From Vulcanimicrobiota bacterium (GTDB taxonomy: Bacteria > Vulcanimicrobiota > Vulcanimicrobiia > Vulcanimicrobiales > Vulcanimicrobiaceae): a DNA stretch of 64,000 bases. Within the stretch, counting starts at the first letter, position 1, and every line of letters begins with the position of its first letter. A program made the translations under genes and the position numbers. The notes beneath the pieces are model-generated. The model was not told the DNA's origin. It saw only the letters and a list, made by a program, of their open reading frames with translations, and searched no databases. Positions 33,425 to 43,729 of this stretch are shown piece by piece. Location: contig CAVTCS010000003.1 in NCBI GenBank assembly GCA_963733295.1, forward strand, positions 2,432,001 through 2,496,000, read 5' to 3'.

Positions 33425-35452
33425 TTAGGTGAGGGTTGCGGTGCGCCGGCACCAGCGGTACAGGACCGCCGTCAGCGCGATGAAACCAACGGCGCCGAGC
33501 ACGGTCGCGGCGGTCTGGAACGAATCTCCGACGACCGCAAAGGGAGAGCCATTGCCGCTCACGACGATGACGCCGGCGAGCGCGACTCCGAACAAGCTCT
33601 CGCCGACGATGAGCCCGGACGCCAAGAGCGTGCCGAGCCGTTTCGCAAACTCCGGATGCGGAGCGCCGCGAGCCCAGCGATCGTAGGCCCAGCCGAGCAC
33701 CGCGCCGATGACGACCGGCGTGATCGTCGATGCGGGTAAGTAGATGCCGATGCCGACGGCGAGCGGCGGCAGCGCACCGCGCCGCGTGCGTCGCAAAACT
33801 TCATCGACGACGACAATCAGAGCGCCGACGGCCGCGCCGATTCCGATGAGACTCCAATCGATCTGTCCCGCGATGACGCCCTTCGCCAACGTCGAGATCA
33901 AAGTCGCTTGCGGCGCCGGCAGCGGATGCGAGGCGGTGTGGTGCGCGCTTGGAGCGCCGGCGAAACCGTACGCCGCGTTCAGCAGATCGAGAATCGGCGG
34001 GATGACGAGCGAGCCGAAGAACACGCCCACGATCAGCGCCACCTGCTGCCGCCAAGGCGTCGCATCGACGAGCTGACCGGTCTTGAGGTCTTGCAGGTTG
34101 TCGTTCGCGATGGTCGCGACGCACAACACCACGGCCGTCACGAACAATGCATACGCGACGAGCGCCGGCGCGACGTTTGGGCCGCCGTTTTGGCCGAGTA
34201 CGAGCAAAAGCAGCGACGCGCCGAGCACGGTCAGGATCGCGAGACCCGAGACCGGGCTGTTCGACGAACCGATCAGACCGGCCATGTAGCCGCAAGCGGC
34301 GGCAACCAGGAAGCCGGCCAGGCTGACGTACACGAGCGCGCCGATCGTCAGCGGCACGATGAGGCCGTTCAGCGCGCCGCCGCTCAAGAACAGCGCAAAC
34401 AGCGCGGCGAGTGGAACGAGGCACGCGACGCTGACGAGGCCGACGAGATTGATGGGAATGTCTTGCTCGACGCGCGGTAGATTCGCGCCGGCGTCGGTTC
34501 CGCGCAAGCGCGCGGCCGCGAGCGCTGAGCGCACGCCCATCGTCACCGGCACCGCTAACCTCCCGAGCGTCCAGATCGCCGCGATGCCGATGGCGCCCGC
34601 GCCGATGAAACGCACCTTGTGCGCCCAGACGGCGGTCGCGACGTCGATCGGCGTTCCGGCGAGCGGATGCAACGCCGTCAGGATCGGTACCGCCGCACCC
34701 CACGCAATCGCGAGTCCCGCCAGCATCGCCAAGCCGACCGATAGACCGATCAGGTGTCCGGCGCCGACCAGCGCCAGCGACAACGCGACGCCCATTCCGG
34801 TCGTGCTGTTACCGATGCGCACGTAATCCGCGACTTCGTCGGTGAAAAGCTGGGTCGCAACGACGGCCGCGAGCGCACCCGAGGCCAACGCTCCCCAAAC
34901 GACCGCCATCAGTCCGGCGGCATTTTCGGCCTGCGCCGTCGCGCTCGGCCCGACGGTCGCACCCGAAACGTCACGGCGCGAGCCGCTGCCGACGATCAAC
35001 ACTTCGGCAGCCGCGACTCCTTCGGGATACGGCAGATCGGATTGAGCGACGAGCGCGCGCCGCAACGGCACCGTGTACATCACGCCGAGGACGCCGCCGA
35101 TCGCGCAAACGCCGAACGTCTCCCAGTACGGAAAGCCCGTCCACCAGCCCACCATGACGAGACCGGGCAGAACGAAGATGATTGACGAGAGCGTGCCCGC
35201 CGCCGACGCAACCGTTTGCACGATGTTGTTTTCGAAGATCGTCGAATCTTTGAAGGCTCGCAGCACCGCCATCGAAATGACGGCGGCTGGAATCGACGAC
35301 GCAAACGTCAAGCCGACCTTCAACCCGAGGTACACGTTGGCGGCGGTGAAGACGAGCGTGATCGCGGCGCCGAGCAGCAACCCGCGCAACGTTATTTCGT
35401 TGAGCCGTTCGCCCGCGACGATTCGGGTTAACGGGCTCGGCGTTGCACTCAA
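33425..35452 (-). CDS. OPT family oligopeptide transporter
   Basis: 'NVYLGLKVGLTFASSIPAAVISM', 'ENNIVQT', 'LPYPEG', 'NDNLQDLKTGQLV', 'PAPQATL'. Confidence 0.93.
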   Translation of the reverse strand: MSATPSPLTRIVAGERLNEITLRGLLLGAAITLVFTAANVYLGLKVGLTFASSIPAAVISMAVLRAFKDSTIFENNIVQTVASAAGTLSSIIFVLPGLVMVGWWTGFPYWETFGVCAIGGVLGVMYTVPLRRALVAQSDLPYPEGVAAAEVLIVGSGSRRDVSGATVGPSATAQAENAAGLMAVVWGALASGALAAVVATQLFTDEVADYVRIGNSTTGMGVALSLALVGAGHLIGLSVGLAMLAGLAIAWGAAVPILTALHPLAGTPIDVATAVWAHKVRFIGAGAIGIAAIWTLGRLAVPVTMGVRSALAAARLRGTDAGANLPRVEQDIPINLVGLVSVACLVPLAALFALFLSGGALNGLIVPLTIGALVYVSLAGFLVAAACGYMAGLIGSSNSPVSGLAILTVLGASLLLLVLGQNGGPNVAPALVAYALFVTAVVLCVATIANDNLQDLKTGQLVDATPWRQQVALIVGVFFGSLVIPPILDLLNAAYGFAGAPSAHHTASHPLPAPQATLISTLAKGVIAGQIDWSLIGIGAAVGALIVVVDEVLRRTRRGALPPLAVGIGIYLPASTITPVVIGAVLGWAYDRWARGAPHPEFAKRLGTLLASGLIVGESLFGVALAGVIVVSGNGSPFAVVGDSFQTAATVLGAVGFIALTAVLYRWCRRTATLT

Positions 35453-35559
35453 AAAATGATCCTTCTATTCCGACGCAGGCGCGTTGCAAATCCGCTTTTG
35501 CGGCCGGCGTTCGCTTTCCTTACACGGCACGCGCGCCGGAAGCGGCGAATCTCGCGAAG

Positions 35560-36462
35560 TCAGCCCGTCTCTACGGCGGCCGGCGTCGATGCCGGCGCCT
35601 CGCTCGGCGCATCCGTCGGCGCCTCGCTCGGAGGTTGGGTCGCCGGCGACGGCTCTTCGGTCGCCGCTGCGGGCGCTTCGGTCGCAGACGGGATCGGCGT
35701 CTCGTCGGGTGGCGCAGTCGCGCTTTGCGGTTCCCCCGTCGGAAGCGCATACGGTGAGGCCGTCGGAACGGCGGCAAACGGTTGTGCGGCGGTGCGATAG
35801 AATTGCGGCAGATACGTCGCACCTTCGGCGGCGAGCGTCAGCGCCGTCGTGACGCCGCCTCCATAAAGAATCTGTGCGTAACCGGCGAGAGCAAGAATTG
35901 CGAGGCCGAGCAGCGAGGAAAGCCAGCCAATGCGGCTGCGGCCAACGACGGTTCCGGCGAAGAGGTCGCCGAGGCGCTGGTGACGCGGAGTGATGAGCGC
36001 CAGGACCGGGCCGACGACCAGAACGTCGACCGGGCGCAACAGCATGCGCAGCAGTGCCCGCCCGGGACCAACCCAGTTTCCGTTCGTGCGCCGCACGTGG
36101 AGCGCGAAAACGAGCTTACCGAGCGACGTTCCGAAGAGCCCTTCGCTCAACACCAACAGCAGGGCGGACGCGCCGAGCGAAACGAGCACGAGCAGCGTAA
36201 AGCTCGTCGCATCGTGCCCACCGAACGCGAAGCTTCCACCGGTCGACATCGCAAGGCCGAAGGTCGCGAAGAGAAACGTTACGCCGAAGACGTCGATCAG
36301 GAAGGCGCCGAATCGACCCAGCAGATAGACGCCGACGTTGCCGAACGGATGCTCGAATCTAGCCGGCGCCGGTACCGCCGGCGAAACGGCGACGGCCGGC
36401 CCGGAAACCGGCTGGGCCGGAATCGGCTGAGTCTCGTGGGGATCGTACGGCGGCGTCTCCAT
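35560..36462 (-). CDS. RDD family membrane protein with P/T/E/A-rich C-terminal tail
   Basis: 'RFGAFLID', 'GTSLGK', 'HQRLGDLFAGTVV'. Confidence 0.85.
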   Translation of the reverse strand: METPPYDPHETQPIPAQPVSGPAVAVSPAVPAPARFEHPFGNVGVYLLGRFGAFLIDVFGVTFLFATFGLAMSTGGSFAFGGHDATSFTLLVLVSLGASALLLVLSEGLFGTSLGKLVFALHVRRTNGNWVGPGRALLRMLLRPVDVLVVGPVLALITPRHQRLGDLFAGTVVGRSRIGWLSSLLGLAILALAGYAQILYGGGVTTALTLAAEGATYLPQFYRTAAQPFAAVPTASPYALPTGEPQSATAPPDETPIPSATEAPAAATEEPSPATQPPSEAPTDAPSEAPASTPAAVETG

Positions 36463-36497
36463 CGTTTACCCGTGTACTGCCGAACGCGCTCGAAGTG

Positions 36498-38108
36498 TCA
36501 GACGAACCCGCTCGCGGCGGTCGCGCCCTTCTTGAGGAGCTCCGCCTGACGCAGTTCGACGCGCCGGATTTTGCCCGAGCGCGTTTTCGGCAGGTCGGCG
36601 ACGAACTCGATCTCGCGGGGATACTTATACGGCGCGGTCACGCGTTTGCAGTGCTCTTGAAGCTCCCGTACGAGCGCGTCGCTCGGCTCGTTGCCGGGCC
36701 GTAGCACGACGAACGCTTTCACGACGTTGCCGCGGTCGGAGTCGGGACTCCCGACGACCGCCGATTCCATGACCGCCGGATGCTCGAGCAGCGCGCTCTC
36801 AACTTCGAACGGACCGATGCGATACGCGCCCGACGAGATGACGTCGTCCGCGCGTCCCACAAACCAGAAGTAGCCGTCGTCGTCGACCTGCGCCCGGTCT
36901 CCCGTGAGGTACCATTCGCCGCGTCGCATCGCGGCCGTCTCTTCTTCGTTCTTATAGTAGCCGCGGAAAAGCGTCGGCGGATCGCCGCGCAGGCCGATGT
37001 CGCCAACCTCTCCCGGTGCGCACTCTTTGCCCTCCGAATCGACCACGCCGACGTCGTGCCCGGGCGTCGGTTTTCCCATCGAACCCGGTCGAACGTCCAT
37101 TCCGGGAGCGTTTGCGACGAGGAGCGAGTTCTCGGTCTGCCCGTAGCCGTCGAGAATCGTCAGTCCGAATGCAGCCTTCCACAACGCGAGCACTTCGGGA
37201 TTGAGCGGTTCGCCGGCCGAAACGCAGTGGCGTAGCTTCGGCAGCTTCCAGCGCTCGCCCAGCTTTTCGAGTTTTGCTTCGATGCGGTACTCCGTCGGCG
37301 CTTGGCACAAGATCGTCACACCGAGGTCGCGTATGAAGTCCATGCGTTGCACCGGTTCGAAGGCGCCTTCGTGTAGCACGATCGCCGCGCCGCACGACCA
37401 CGGACCGAGCATGACGTTCCACAGCGATTTAGCCCAGCCCGTTCCCGCGGTGCACCAGAGCAAGTCGTCCGGCTTCGCATCGAGCCAAAACTCGGCTTGC
37501 ATCCGCTTGGCAAACGTATAGGCGTGGTCGTGCACGACGCCTTTTGGATCCTTGGTCGTGCCGCTGGTGTACACGATGTAGGCGAGGTCTTCGGCGCGCG
37601 TTGCGTGACCGGCGAACTCCGGCGCGTTCGCAGCGAGCCGGTCGAGCCCGGTCCAACCCTCGGCCTCGCCGCCCACCAGAAGGAAGCGTGTTACGCCGGG
37701 AGCGAGCGGACGCATCAGATCGACTTCCGCGTGGTTCGAGAGGTGCGCCACGATGGTCGTCGCCTCACTGTGGTTCGCGCGAAATGCCAAGTCTTTGGCG
37801 CGCAGCTGCTCGGAGCACGGAACGACGACCGCACCGAGCCGATCCAATGCCGTCATCGCGTAAAGCCATGCCGGAATCTTCGGAAGGAGGACGACCACTC
37901 GCTCGCCTTTTCCGATTCCGAGCTGGTGGAACGCGCCCGCCCAGCGGCGCGTCGCGGCGGCGATCTGCGGAAAAGTCGATTCGTGCCGTTGGCCTTTTGC
38001 ATCGACGAAAAGCAGCCCGAGCCGGTTCTCGCCGCCCAGCTTGTCGATGACGTCGCGGCCGAAATTGAATTCCGGTGGAACCGACCAAACGAAGGAACCC
38101 GATTGCAT
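36498..38108 (-). CDS. medium/short-chain acyl-CoA synthetase (ACSM-like)
   Basis: 'YTSGTTKDPKGV', 'SAGEPLNP', 'YGQTE', 'GRADDVI', 'LPKTRSGKIRR'. Confidence 0.9.
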   Translation of the reverse strand: MQSGSFVWSVPPEFNFGRDVIDKLGGENRLGLLFVDAKGQRHESTFPQIAAATRRWAGAFHQLGIGKGERVVVLLPKIPAWLYAMTALDRLGAVVVPCSEQLRAKDLAFRANHSEATTIVAHLSNHAEVDLMRPLAPGVTRFLLVGGEAEGWTGLDRLAANAPEFAGHATRAEDLAYIVYTSGTTKDPKGVVHDHAYTFAKRMQAEFWLDAKPDDLLWCTAGTGWAKSLWNVMLGPWSCGAAIVLHEGAFEPVQRMDFIRDLGVTILCQAPTEYRIEAKLEKLGERWKLPKLRHCVSAGEPLNPEVLALWKAAFGLTILDGYGQTENSLLVANAPGMDVRPGSMGKPTPGHDVGVVDSEGKECAPGEVGDIGLRGDPPTLFRGYYKNEEETAAMRRGEWYLTGDRAQVDDDGYFWFVGRADDVISSGAYRIGPFEVESALLEHPAVMESAVVGSPDSDRGNVVKAFVVLRPGNEPSDALVRELQEHCKRVTAPYKYPREIEFVADLPKTRSGKIRRVELRQAELLKKGATAASGFV

Positions 38109-38141
38109 GGAGCGCCCCTTCGCGGGGCGAAGCGCGCCTCC

Positions 38142-38375
38142 ATGCGCTCCCGTTCACTGCTCGAGTCGCTCGTTCGCAGCTCCAAGATCAAGATCGGGAA
38201 GCGAGTTCGCGTTCAAGGCGTGCCGGCGATCCTCAGCGGGGTCGCCATCGTCATCGCCGCCGCGGGCACGTTCCGCTTCGTCGAGCGAGCGGCCCCGATG
38301 TTGCTCGAAGGGTTGCGCGAGGTACGCGAACTCTGGAAGACCGTCCGTGGCGAGCGGCCGGAACTCAATCCCTAG
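38142..38375 (+). CDS. small hypothetical membrane protein
   Basis: 77-aa ORF with one hydrophobic segment filling the gap before bolA. Confidence 0.55.
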   Translation: MRSRSLLESLVRSSKIKIGKRVRVQGVPAILSGVAIVIAAAGTFRFVERAAPMLLEGLREVRELWKTVRGERPELNP

Positions 38376-38396
38376 GGCGCGAATCGCCCTGGTCGC

Positions 38397-38630
38397 ATGA
38401 TTGAGAATAGAGCCATGGTCGCGCTGATCCGGAGCGCCCTGCCCGACGCCGAAGTCGACGTCGTGGACTTGACCGGCACCATGGACCACTTTGACGTGTT
38501 CGTACGTTCGAAAGCGTTTGCCGGCGTCTCCCTCATGGACCGCCACCGGATGGTCGAGAACGCGCTAGCGCAAGCCCGCGCAGACGGCCGGATTCACGCG
38601 ATGGCCATCCGCACCGAAATCTTGGAGTAA
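38397..38630 (+). CDS. bolA: BolA family protein
   Basis: 'DLTGTMDHF..V.SKAF.G..RHRMV..IHAMAIRT'. Adjacent to a monothiol glutaredoxin. Confidence 0.9.
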   Translation: MIENRAMVALIRSALPDAEVDVVDLTGTMDHFDVFVRSKAFAGVSLMDRHRMVENALAQARADGRIHAMAIRTEILE

Positions 38631-38633
38631 GAT

Positions 38634-38993
38634 ATGTCACCCGACGACCTCCGCCACCAGATCGAACGCGAGATCGAAGAGAACAAGATCCTCGTCTACG
38701 GCAAAGGTACCAAAGACGTACCGCGCTGCGGCTTCACCGCCGAGACGATTCAGTTTTTCGGCCGTTTCGGTTACCCGTTCGAAGTCATCGACGTGCTCGA
38801 AGACGGGCCGAAACGCGAAGCGCTCTCGTCGATGACGAACTGGCCGACGCTTCCCAAAGTTTTCATCGGCGGGAAGTTTTACGGCGACACGGACATCTTG
38901 GGGCCGATGGAAGAGAACGGCGAACTCAAGACGGTTCTCGCTGAAACCTTTGCGGGAGAGCCACAGCCCTCACCGGCCATCAAGCTGCACTAG
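38634..38993 (+). CDS. grxD: monothiol glutaredoxin (Grx4-like)
   Basis: 'KGT...PRCGFT', 'WPTLPKVFIGG'. Confidence 0.85.
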   Translation: MSPDDLRHQIEREIEENKILVYGKGTKDVPRCGFTAETIQFFGRFGYPFEVIDVLEDGPKREALSSMTNWPTLPKVFIGGKFYGDTDILGPMEENGELKTVLAETFAGEPQPSPAIKLH

Positions 38994-39007
38994 AACCGTT
39001 CGTCCGG

Positions 39008-39502
39008 TCAGGCGCGCGCTTTTTGATGGGCGCGCGGGGGCGGAGCGCCGTCTGGATCGATGATCGCACCGGCCGGTGAGGCCAGCAAGCGCTGCAATTC
39101 CGCGGGATCCAGCGTTTGCGAAAAATCTCGCGCCGCCGTAACGATGCAGAAGAATCCGAACGGCTCGCTACCGCGGTTGACGAATTGGTGCGGTACCAGC
39201 GGGCCGACGTAGACGACGTCGTGCCGTTTGATCTCACGCACCTCGGTCCCGACTACCGCATGGCCGGCGCCCTCGCCGACGATGACGAAGTGTTCGTGCT
39301 CGTGCTTTTCGAGGCGCGTCACCGCACCGGGCGGCACGCTGAAGTACCGAACCTCCAGATGCGGACCGGGTTCGTCCGGCGACGACTTCCGGCTTCCGAT
39401 CAGCGTGTGCCGGACGACGTTCGTCACCTCGCCCGGCACGTAACCCTCGGGCTCGATGCCGTCCCAGCCGTTGTCCGTCTTTCGGACGATCCGCTCTTGC
39501 AT
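39008..39502 (-). CDS. cupin domain protein
   Basis: 'EVRYF..PPG..LEKHEHEH', 'PHQFVN...PFGFFCIV'. Confidence 0.85.
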   Translation of the reverse strand: MQERIVRKTDNGWDGIEPEGYVPGEVTNVVRHTLIGSRKSSPDEPGPHLEVRYFSVPPGAVTRLEKHEHEHFVIVGEGAGHAVVGTEVREIKRHDVVYVGPLVPHQFVNRGSEPFGFFCIVTAARDFSQTLDPAELQRLLASPAGAIIDPDGAPPPRAHQKARA

Positions 39503-39605
39503 GCAGTCGAGTTTACCACGCCGGGGCGCGAAAGTGCCAGGAGACCTCTCAGACGGAGAGCAACGGCGCCGGGAGCGACGCGGCGCGCGTGACGGGGCGA
39601 ATCCC

Positions 39606-40067
39606 ATGCACAACTACTGGCTGTTCAAAACGGAACCGACGACGTACGGATGGGAGCGGCTCGAGCGCGAGGGACGCACCGAGTGGAGCGGCGTGCGGAA
39701 CTTTCAAGCGCGCAACAACATGCTCGAGATGAAGCTCGGCGATCTCGGCTTCTTCTACCACTCGAGCACGAAGGTACCGTGCATCGTCGGCATCGTGAAA
39801 GTCGTCAAGGAAGCGTATCCCGACTTCACGGCGTTCGATCGCGAAAGTCCATACTACGATCCACGCTCGAAACCGGAACGCCCCATCTGGCAGATGGTCG
39901 ACGTCGAGCCCGAACGCCCGCTGCCGCGCCCCGTAACGCTCGCCGAACTGCGCGACAATCCGGATCTCGCCGGAACGATGACGTTGCTCAAGCGCGGCTC
40001 GCGACTCTCGGTGCAGCCGGTGCACGTGCGCGAGTGGAAGATCATCCTCGCACTCGCCGAGCGCTAA
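39606..40067 (+). CDS. EVE domain protein
   Basis: 'YWLFKTEP', 'WSGVRNFQARN', 'FFYHS', 'SRLSVQPV'. Confidence 0.93.
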   Translation: MHNYWLFKTEPTTYGWERLEREGRTEWSGVRNFQARNNMLEMKLGDLGFFYHSSTKVPCIVGIVKVVKEAYPDFTAFDRESPYYDPRSKPERPIWQMVDVEPERPLPRPVTLAELRDNPDLAGTMTLLKRGSRLSVQPVHVREWKIILALAER

Positions 40068-42151
40068 ATCGCCTGCGAAGCCTCTAAGAACGCTTCGTGC
40101 GCGCAAAAGAGCGGCTCGTCTTCGCCGGGGTTCCGCCGCGCGTAGGTGCCGTCGGAGCGCAGCCAGCGCGTGTTGACGTTGTCCGCGCGGAGCACCTCGA
40201 CGATCGTCGCGATCGTGTCTTGGACCGCGGGATCGAGCACCGGCACGATCGTTTCGACCCGGCGATCTAGATTACGCCCCATCCAATCCGCGCTCCCGAT
40301 GTAAATCTCACGCTCGCCGCCGTTCGTGAAGATGTAGATGCGCGAATGCTCGAGGAAGCGTCCCACGATGCTCCGCACGGTGATCGTCTCGCTAACGTTC
40401 GGAATGCCCGGCTTCAGTTCGCATTGGCCGCGCACGATCAGATCGATGGGCACACCCGCCTGCGATGCTCGGTACAGCGTCTGGACCAGCGACACGTCGC
40501 TGATCGCGTTGAGTTTGGCCGTGATCCCGGCCGGCCTTCCGGCCCGCGCGTGCGCGGCCTCGCGTTCGATCAGCTCGACGAATCCGGTTCGCAGGGTGGT
40601 CGGAGCGACGAGCAGCTCCTCGTAACGGACGTCTTTCGCGAAGCCGGTGAGCCGGTTGAAGAGGTGCGTCGCATCCGCACCGAGTTCCGGCCGGCACGTG
40701 AAGAGCGAAAGATCGGTGTAGATCCGCGCCGTCCTTTCGTTGTAGTTGCCGGTACCGAAGTGGACGTAGCGCCGGATGCCGTCCGGCTCGTCGCGTACGA
40801 CCAAGATGACCTTCGCGTGGACCTTGAGTCCGGGAAAACCGTAAACGACGTGGGCGCCGACGTGCTCGAGGTTTCGCGCCCAGTGAATGTTGTTCTCTTC
40901 GTCAAAGCGCGCTTTGAGCTCGATGAGCGCGGCGACTTGCTTCCCGTTCTCAGCCGCTTCGATCAGCGCTTGAATCACGGGCGAAGTTCCGCTGGTGCGG
41001 TAGAGCGTCTGTTTGATCGCCAGCACGTGCGGATCTGACGCGGCCTGGCGCACGAATTGCACGACCGGATCGAAGGATTCGTAGGGATGGTGCAAGAGCA
41101 GATCGCCGTCGCGAATCGCCGCGAACATGTCGCGCTCCGCGATCAAGCGCTGGGGGATTGCAGGCGTGAACGGTTGGTCGTGCAGTTCGGGTCGCTCGAT
41201 GCCGACGATCGTCCAGAGGTCCGACGTACCCAGCATCGCATCGAGCTTGTAGAGATCGACGGGTTCGAGCGAGAGCGCCTCGAGCAGCATCGCGCACAGA
41301 TGCTCGGGCATCCCACTCTCGACTTCGAGGCGTACCGGTTCGCCGAAACGACGCCGCCGCAACTCGGATTCGATGGCGCGCAAGAGATCGTCGGCCTCAT
41401 CTTCTTGAATGTCGAGGTCGGCGTCGCGCGTCACGCGGAAGAGGTAGGACGCGCGAATCCGCATTCCCGGAAAGAGCGCGGACATGTTGTGCGCGATGAC
41501 GTCCTCGAGCATGACGAACTGCTTCTCGTCGCCGAACGATTCGATCGGCATAAAGCGCGGTAAGCTCGGCGGCACTTTGACTCGTGCGAAGTGCGAGATC
41601 GGGCCGTCGGGCGTCGACTCTTCCATCTCGACGCCGAGCGATAGCGAGAGATTCGAGATGTAAGGAAACGGGTGGCCCTGGTCGACCGCCAGAGGCGTCA
41701 ACACCGGAAACACGCGCTCGTGAAACGTCCTTTCGAGCTCCAGCCGGATGCGCTCGTCGAGTTCGTCGTAACGACGCACGCGAATTCCCTCGCGCCCGAG
41801 CGCGGGCCACAACTCGCCGTTCATCAAGTGCGTGAAACGATCGAGCGAAACGCGCAAGCGCGCGGAGATCGCCGCCAGCTGCTCTTCGGGTAAGCGGCCG
41901 TCGACCGAGCGCTTGTGCACCTCGGCTTCGATTTGCTGTTTGAGCGGCGCCACGCGGATCATGAAATATTCGTCAAGATTCGTGCCGAAGATCGCGGTGA
42001 ACTTGACGCGCTCGAGCAGCGGGTTGCGCGGATCGGAAGCCTCCTCGAGCACGCGGTCGTTGAACTCGAGCCAAGAGAGTTCGCGGCTGTAATAGAGCGA
42101 GGGGTCGTCGAGACTCGGCGCCGACTCGGTCGACTCGAAAGGGGCGATCAT
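40064..42151 (-). CDS. ppk1: polyphosphate kinase 1
   Basis: 'RELSWLEFNDRVL', 'NLDEYFMIRV', 'HHPYESF', 'LKVHAK', 'GRFLEHSR', 'SADWM.RNLDRRVE'. Confidence 0.96.
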   Translation of the reverse strand: MIAPFESTESAPSLDDPSLYYSRELSWLEFNDRVLEEASDPRNPLLERVKFTAIFGTNLDEYFMIRVAPLKQQIEAEVHKRSVDGRLPEEQLAAISARLRVSLDRFTHLMNGELWPALGREGIRVRRYDELDERIRLELERTFHERVFPVLTPLAVDQGHPFPYISNLSLSLGVEMEESTPDGPISHFARVKVPPSLPRFMPIESFGDEKQFVMLEDVIAHNMSALFPGMRIRASYLFRVTRDADLDIQEDEADDLLRAIESELRRRRFGEPVRLEVESGMPEHLCAMLLEALSLEPVDLYKLDAMLGTSDLWTIVGIERPELHDQPFTPAIPQRLIAERDMFAAIRDGDLLLHHPYESFDPVVQFVRQAASDPHVLAIKQTLYRTSGTSPVIQALIEAAENGKQVAALIELKARFDEENNIHWARNLEHVGAHVVYGFPGLKVHAKVILVVRDEPDGIRRYVHFGTGNYNERTARIYTDLSLFTCRPELGADATHLFNRLTGFAKDVRYEELLVAPTTLRTGFVELIEREAAHARAGRPAGITAKLNAISDVSLVQTLYRASQAGVPIDLIVRGQCELKPGIPNVSETITVRSIVGRFLEHSRIYIFTNGGEREIYIGSADWMGRNLDRRVETIVPVLDPAVQDTIATIVEVLRADNVNTRWLRSDGTYARRNPGEDEPLFCAHEAFLEASQAI

Positions 42152-42200
42152 CTGCTCTCCTTCGCGCAGGGACGCACGAAATCCACGTTAACTGTAGTTT

Positions 42201-42803
42201 ATGGCGGACTTGCTGCTCCATCTGCGCGATCACATCGCGCTCGCGCTCTCGGCCCTAGCCGTCGCTTTGCTCGTAGCCGTGCCGGCCGGCGCGGCGGTCG
42301 CGCGCTCTCCGCGCTGGCGCGAACCGCTGCTCGGCACGTTCAACGTGGCGCGCGTCGTGCCGAGCCTCGCGGTGCTGGCGCTCATGCTGCCGCTGATCGG
42401 AATCGGCTTCCGTCCGGCGCTCGTTGCGCTGACCTTGCTGGCACTGCCGCCGATCGCAATCAACACCGAGCTCGGACTGCGCGGCGTTCCTCCCGCGCTG
42501 ATCGAAGCCGCACGCGGCCTCGGTATGAGCGAAACGCAGATCCGGCGGCGGATCAGTTGGCCGCTGGCTTTGCCGGTGGTCTTCTCGGGCATCAAGACGG
42601 CCACGGTCGAGGTGATTGCGAGCGCGACGCTGGCCGCGTTCATCGGCGGGGGGGGTCTCGGCGAGTACATCGTAAACGGTTTGGCGGCGGGCGATACGGG
42701 ACAGTTGCTCGAGGGCGCCGTCGCGGTTGGGGCGCTGGCGCTCGCCGCCGACGCCGCGCTCGCGCTCATCGAACGCCGGTTGACGCTGCAAGTTTCGGCC
42801 TGA
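42201..42803 (+). CDS. osmoprotectant/QAC-type ABC transporter permease
   Basis: 'VPSLAVLAL', EAA loop 'EAARGLGM', 'FIGGGGLG'. Confidence 0.9.
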   Translation: MADLLLHLRDHIALALSALAVALLVAVPAGAAVARSPRWREPLLGTFNVARVVPSLAVLALMLPLIGIGFRPALVALTLLALPPIAINTELGLRGVPPALIEAARGLGMSETQIRRRISWPLALPVVFSGIKTATVEVIASATLAAFIGGGGLGEYIVNGLAAGDTGQLLEGAVAVGALALAADAALALIERRLTLQVSA

Positions 42804-42823
42804 GTCCGGGGAAGCGGAGGGCA

Positions 42824-43729
42824 ATGCACCGCCAACCCGTCGCAGCGATCTCGCGCGGACGCGCGCTTGGTCTGCTCGCCGCAACGAGTTTGCTTCCCGC
42901 ATGCGGGAGCGGAACTCGAGCCGATCTCGCGGCCGGCTCGAAGGATTTCACGGAAGAGTTGATCCTCGGCGAACTTTACGCGCAAAGCCTCGAGCAACGC
43001 GGACTGACGGTCGCGCGTAAACTGAATTTGGGCGGGACGCAAGTTGCAATGGAAGCACTGCAGCGCGGCGACATCGACCTCTACCCCGAATACACCGGGA
43101 CGGCGCTCGTCACCGAACTCAAGCTTCCGCCCACTTCGGATTCGAAGAAAGCTTACGAGACGGTCAAGGCAGCCTATGCGCACCGCTACGATCTGGTTTG
43201 GTTGGAGCCCGCACCGGAGAATAACACGCAGGCGCTGGCGACGACTCAAGCGGTCGCAGCCAAGTACGGCCTTCGCAACTTGAGCCAACTGAGCGTCGCC
43301 GCACCGCAACTGCGTTTGGGTTCGATCCCCGAGTTCACCAAACGCGAAGACGGCTTGCCCGGTTTGCAGCGCGCTTACGGCGGCTTCCGTTTCAAGGACG
43401 TCAAACTGTTCGACATCGGTTTGAAATATACGGCGTTGCTGGCCGGAGACGTCGACGTCGTGGTCGCTTTCGGAACCGACGGTCAGATCGCGGCCGACAA
43501 CCTCGTCGTCTTCGTCGACGACAAACACTTCTGGCCGGTGTACAACGTGGCGCCCGTGGTCCGCAAAGCGACTCTCGACAAGTTTCCCGCGATCGCGCCC
43601 ACGCTCAACGCACTGCAGCCGCTCCTGACGGACTCGGTCATGCGCGGCCTCAACCAGCAGGTCGACGGCGAAAAGCGGGAACCCGCGGACGTGGCGCAGG
43701 CCTTCCTCAAAGCCCACCCCGCCCGGTGA
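42824..43729 (+). CDS. OpuBC/OsmF-like ABC substrate-binding lipoprotein
   Basis: GGAGG SD and lipobox 'LLPAC'. Motifs 'GSKDFTEE.ILGE', 'IDLYPEYTGT', 'REDGLPGL', 'DDKHFWPVY'. Confidence 0.9.
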   Translation: MHRQPVAAISRGRALGLLAATSLLPACGSGTRADLAAGSKDFTEELILGELYAQSLEQRGLTVARKLNLGGTQVAMEALQRGDIDLYPEYTGTALVTELKLPPTSDSKKAYETVKAAYAHRYDLVWLEPAPENNTQALATTQAVAAKYGLRNLSQLSVAAPQLRLGSIPEFTKREDGLPGLQRAYGGFRFKDVKLFDIGLKYTALLAGDVDVVVAFGTDGQIAADNLVVFVDDKHFWPVYNVAPVVRKATLDKFPAIAPTLNALQPLLTDSVMRGLNQQVDGEKREPADVAQAFLKAHPAR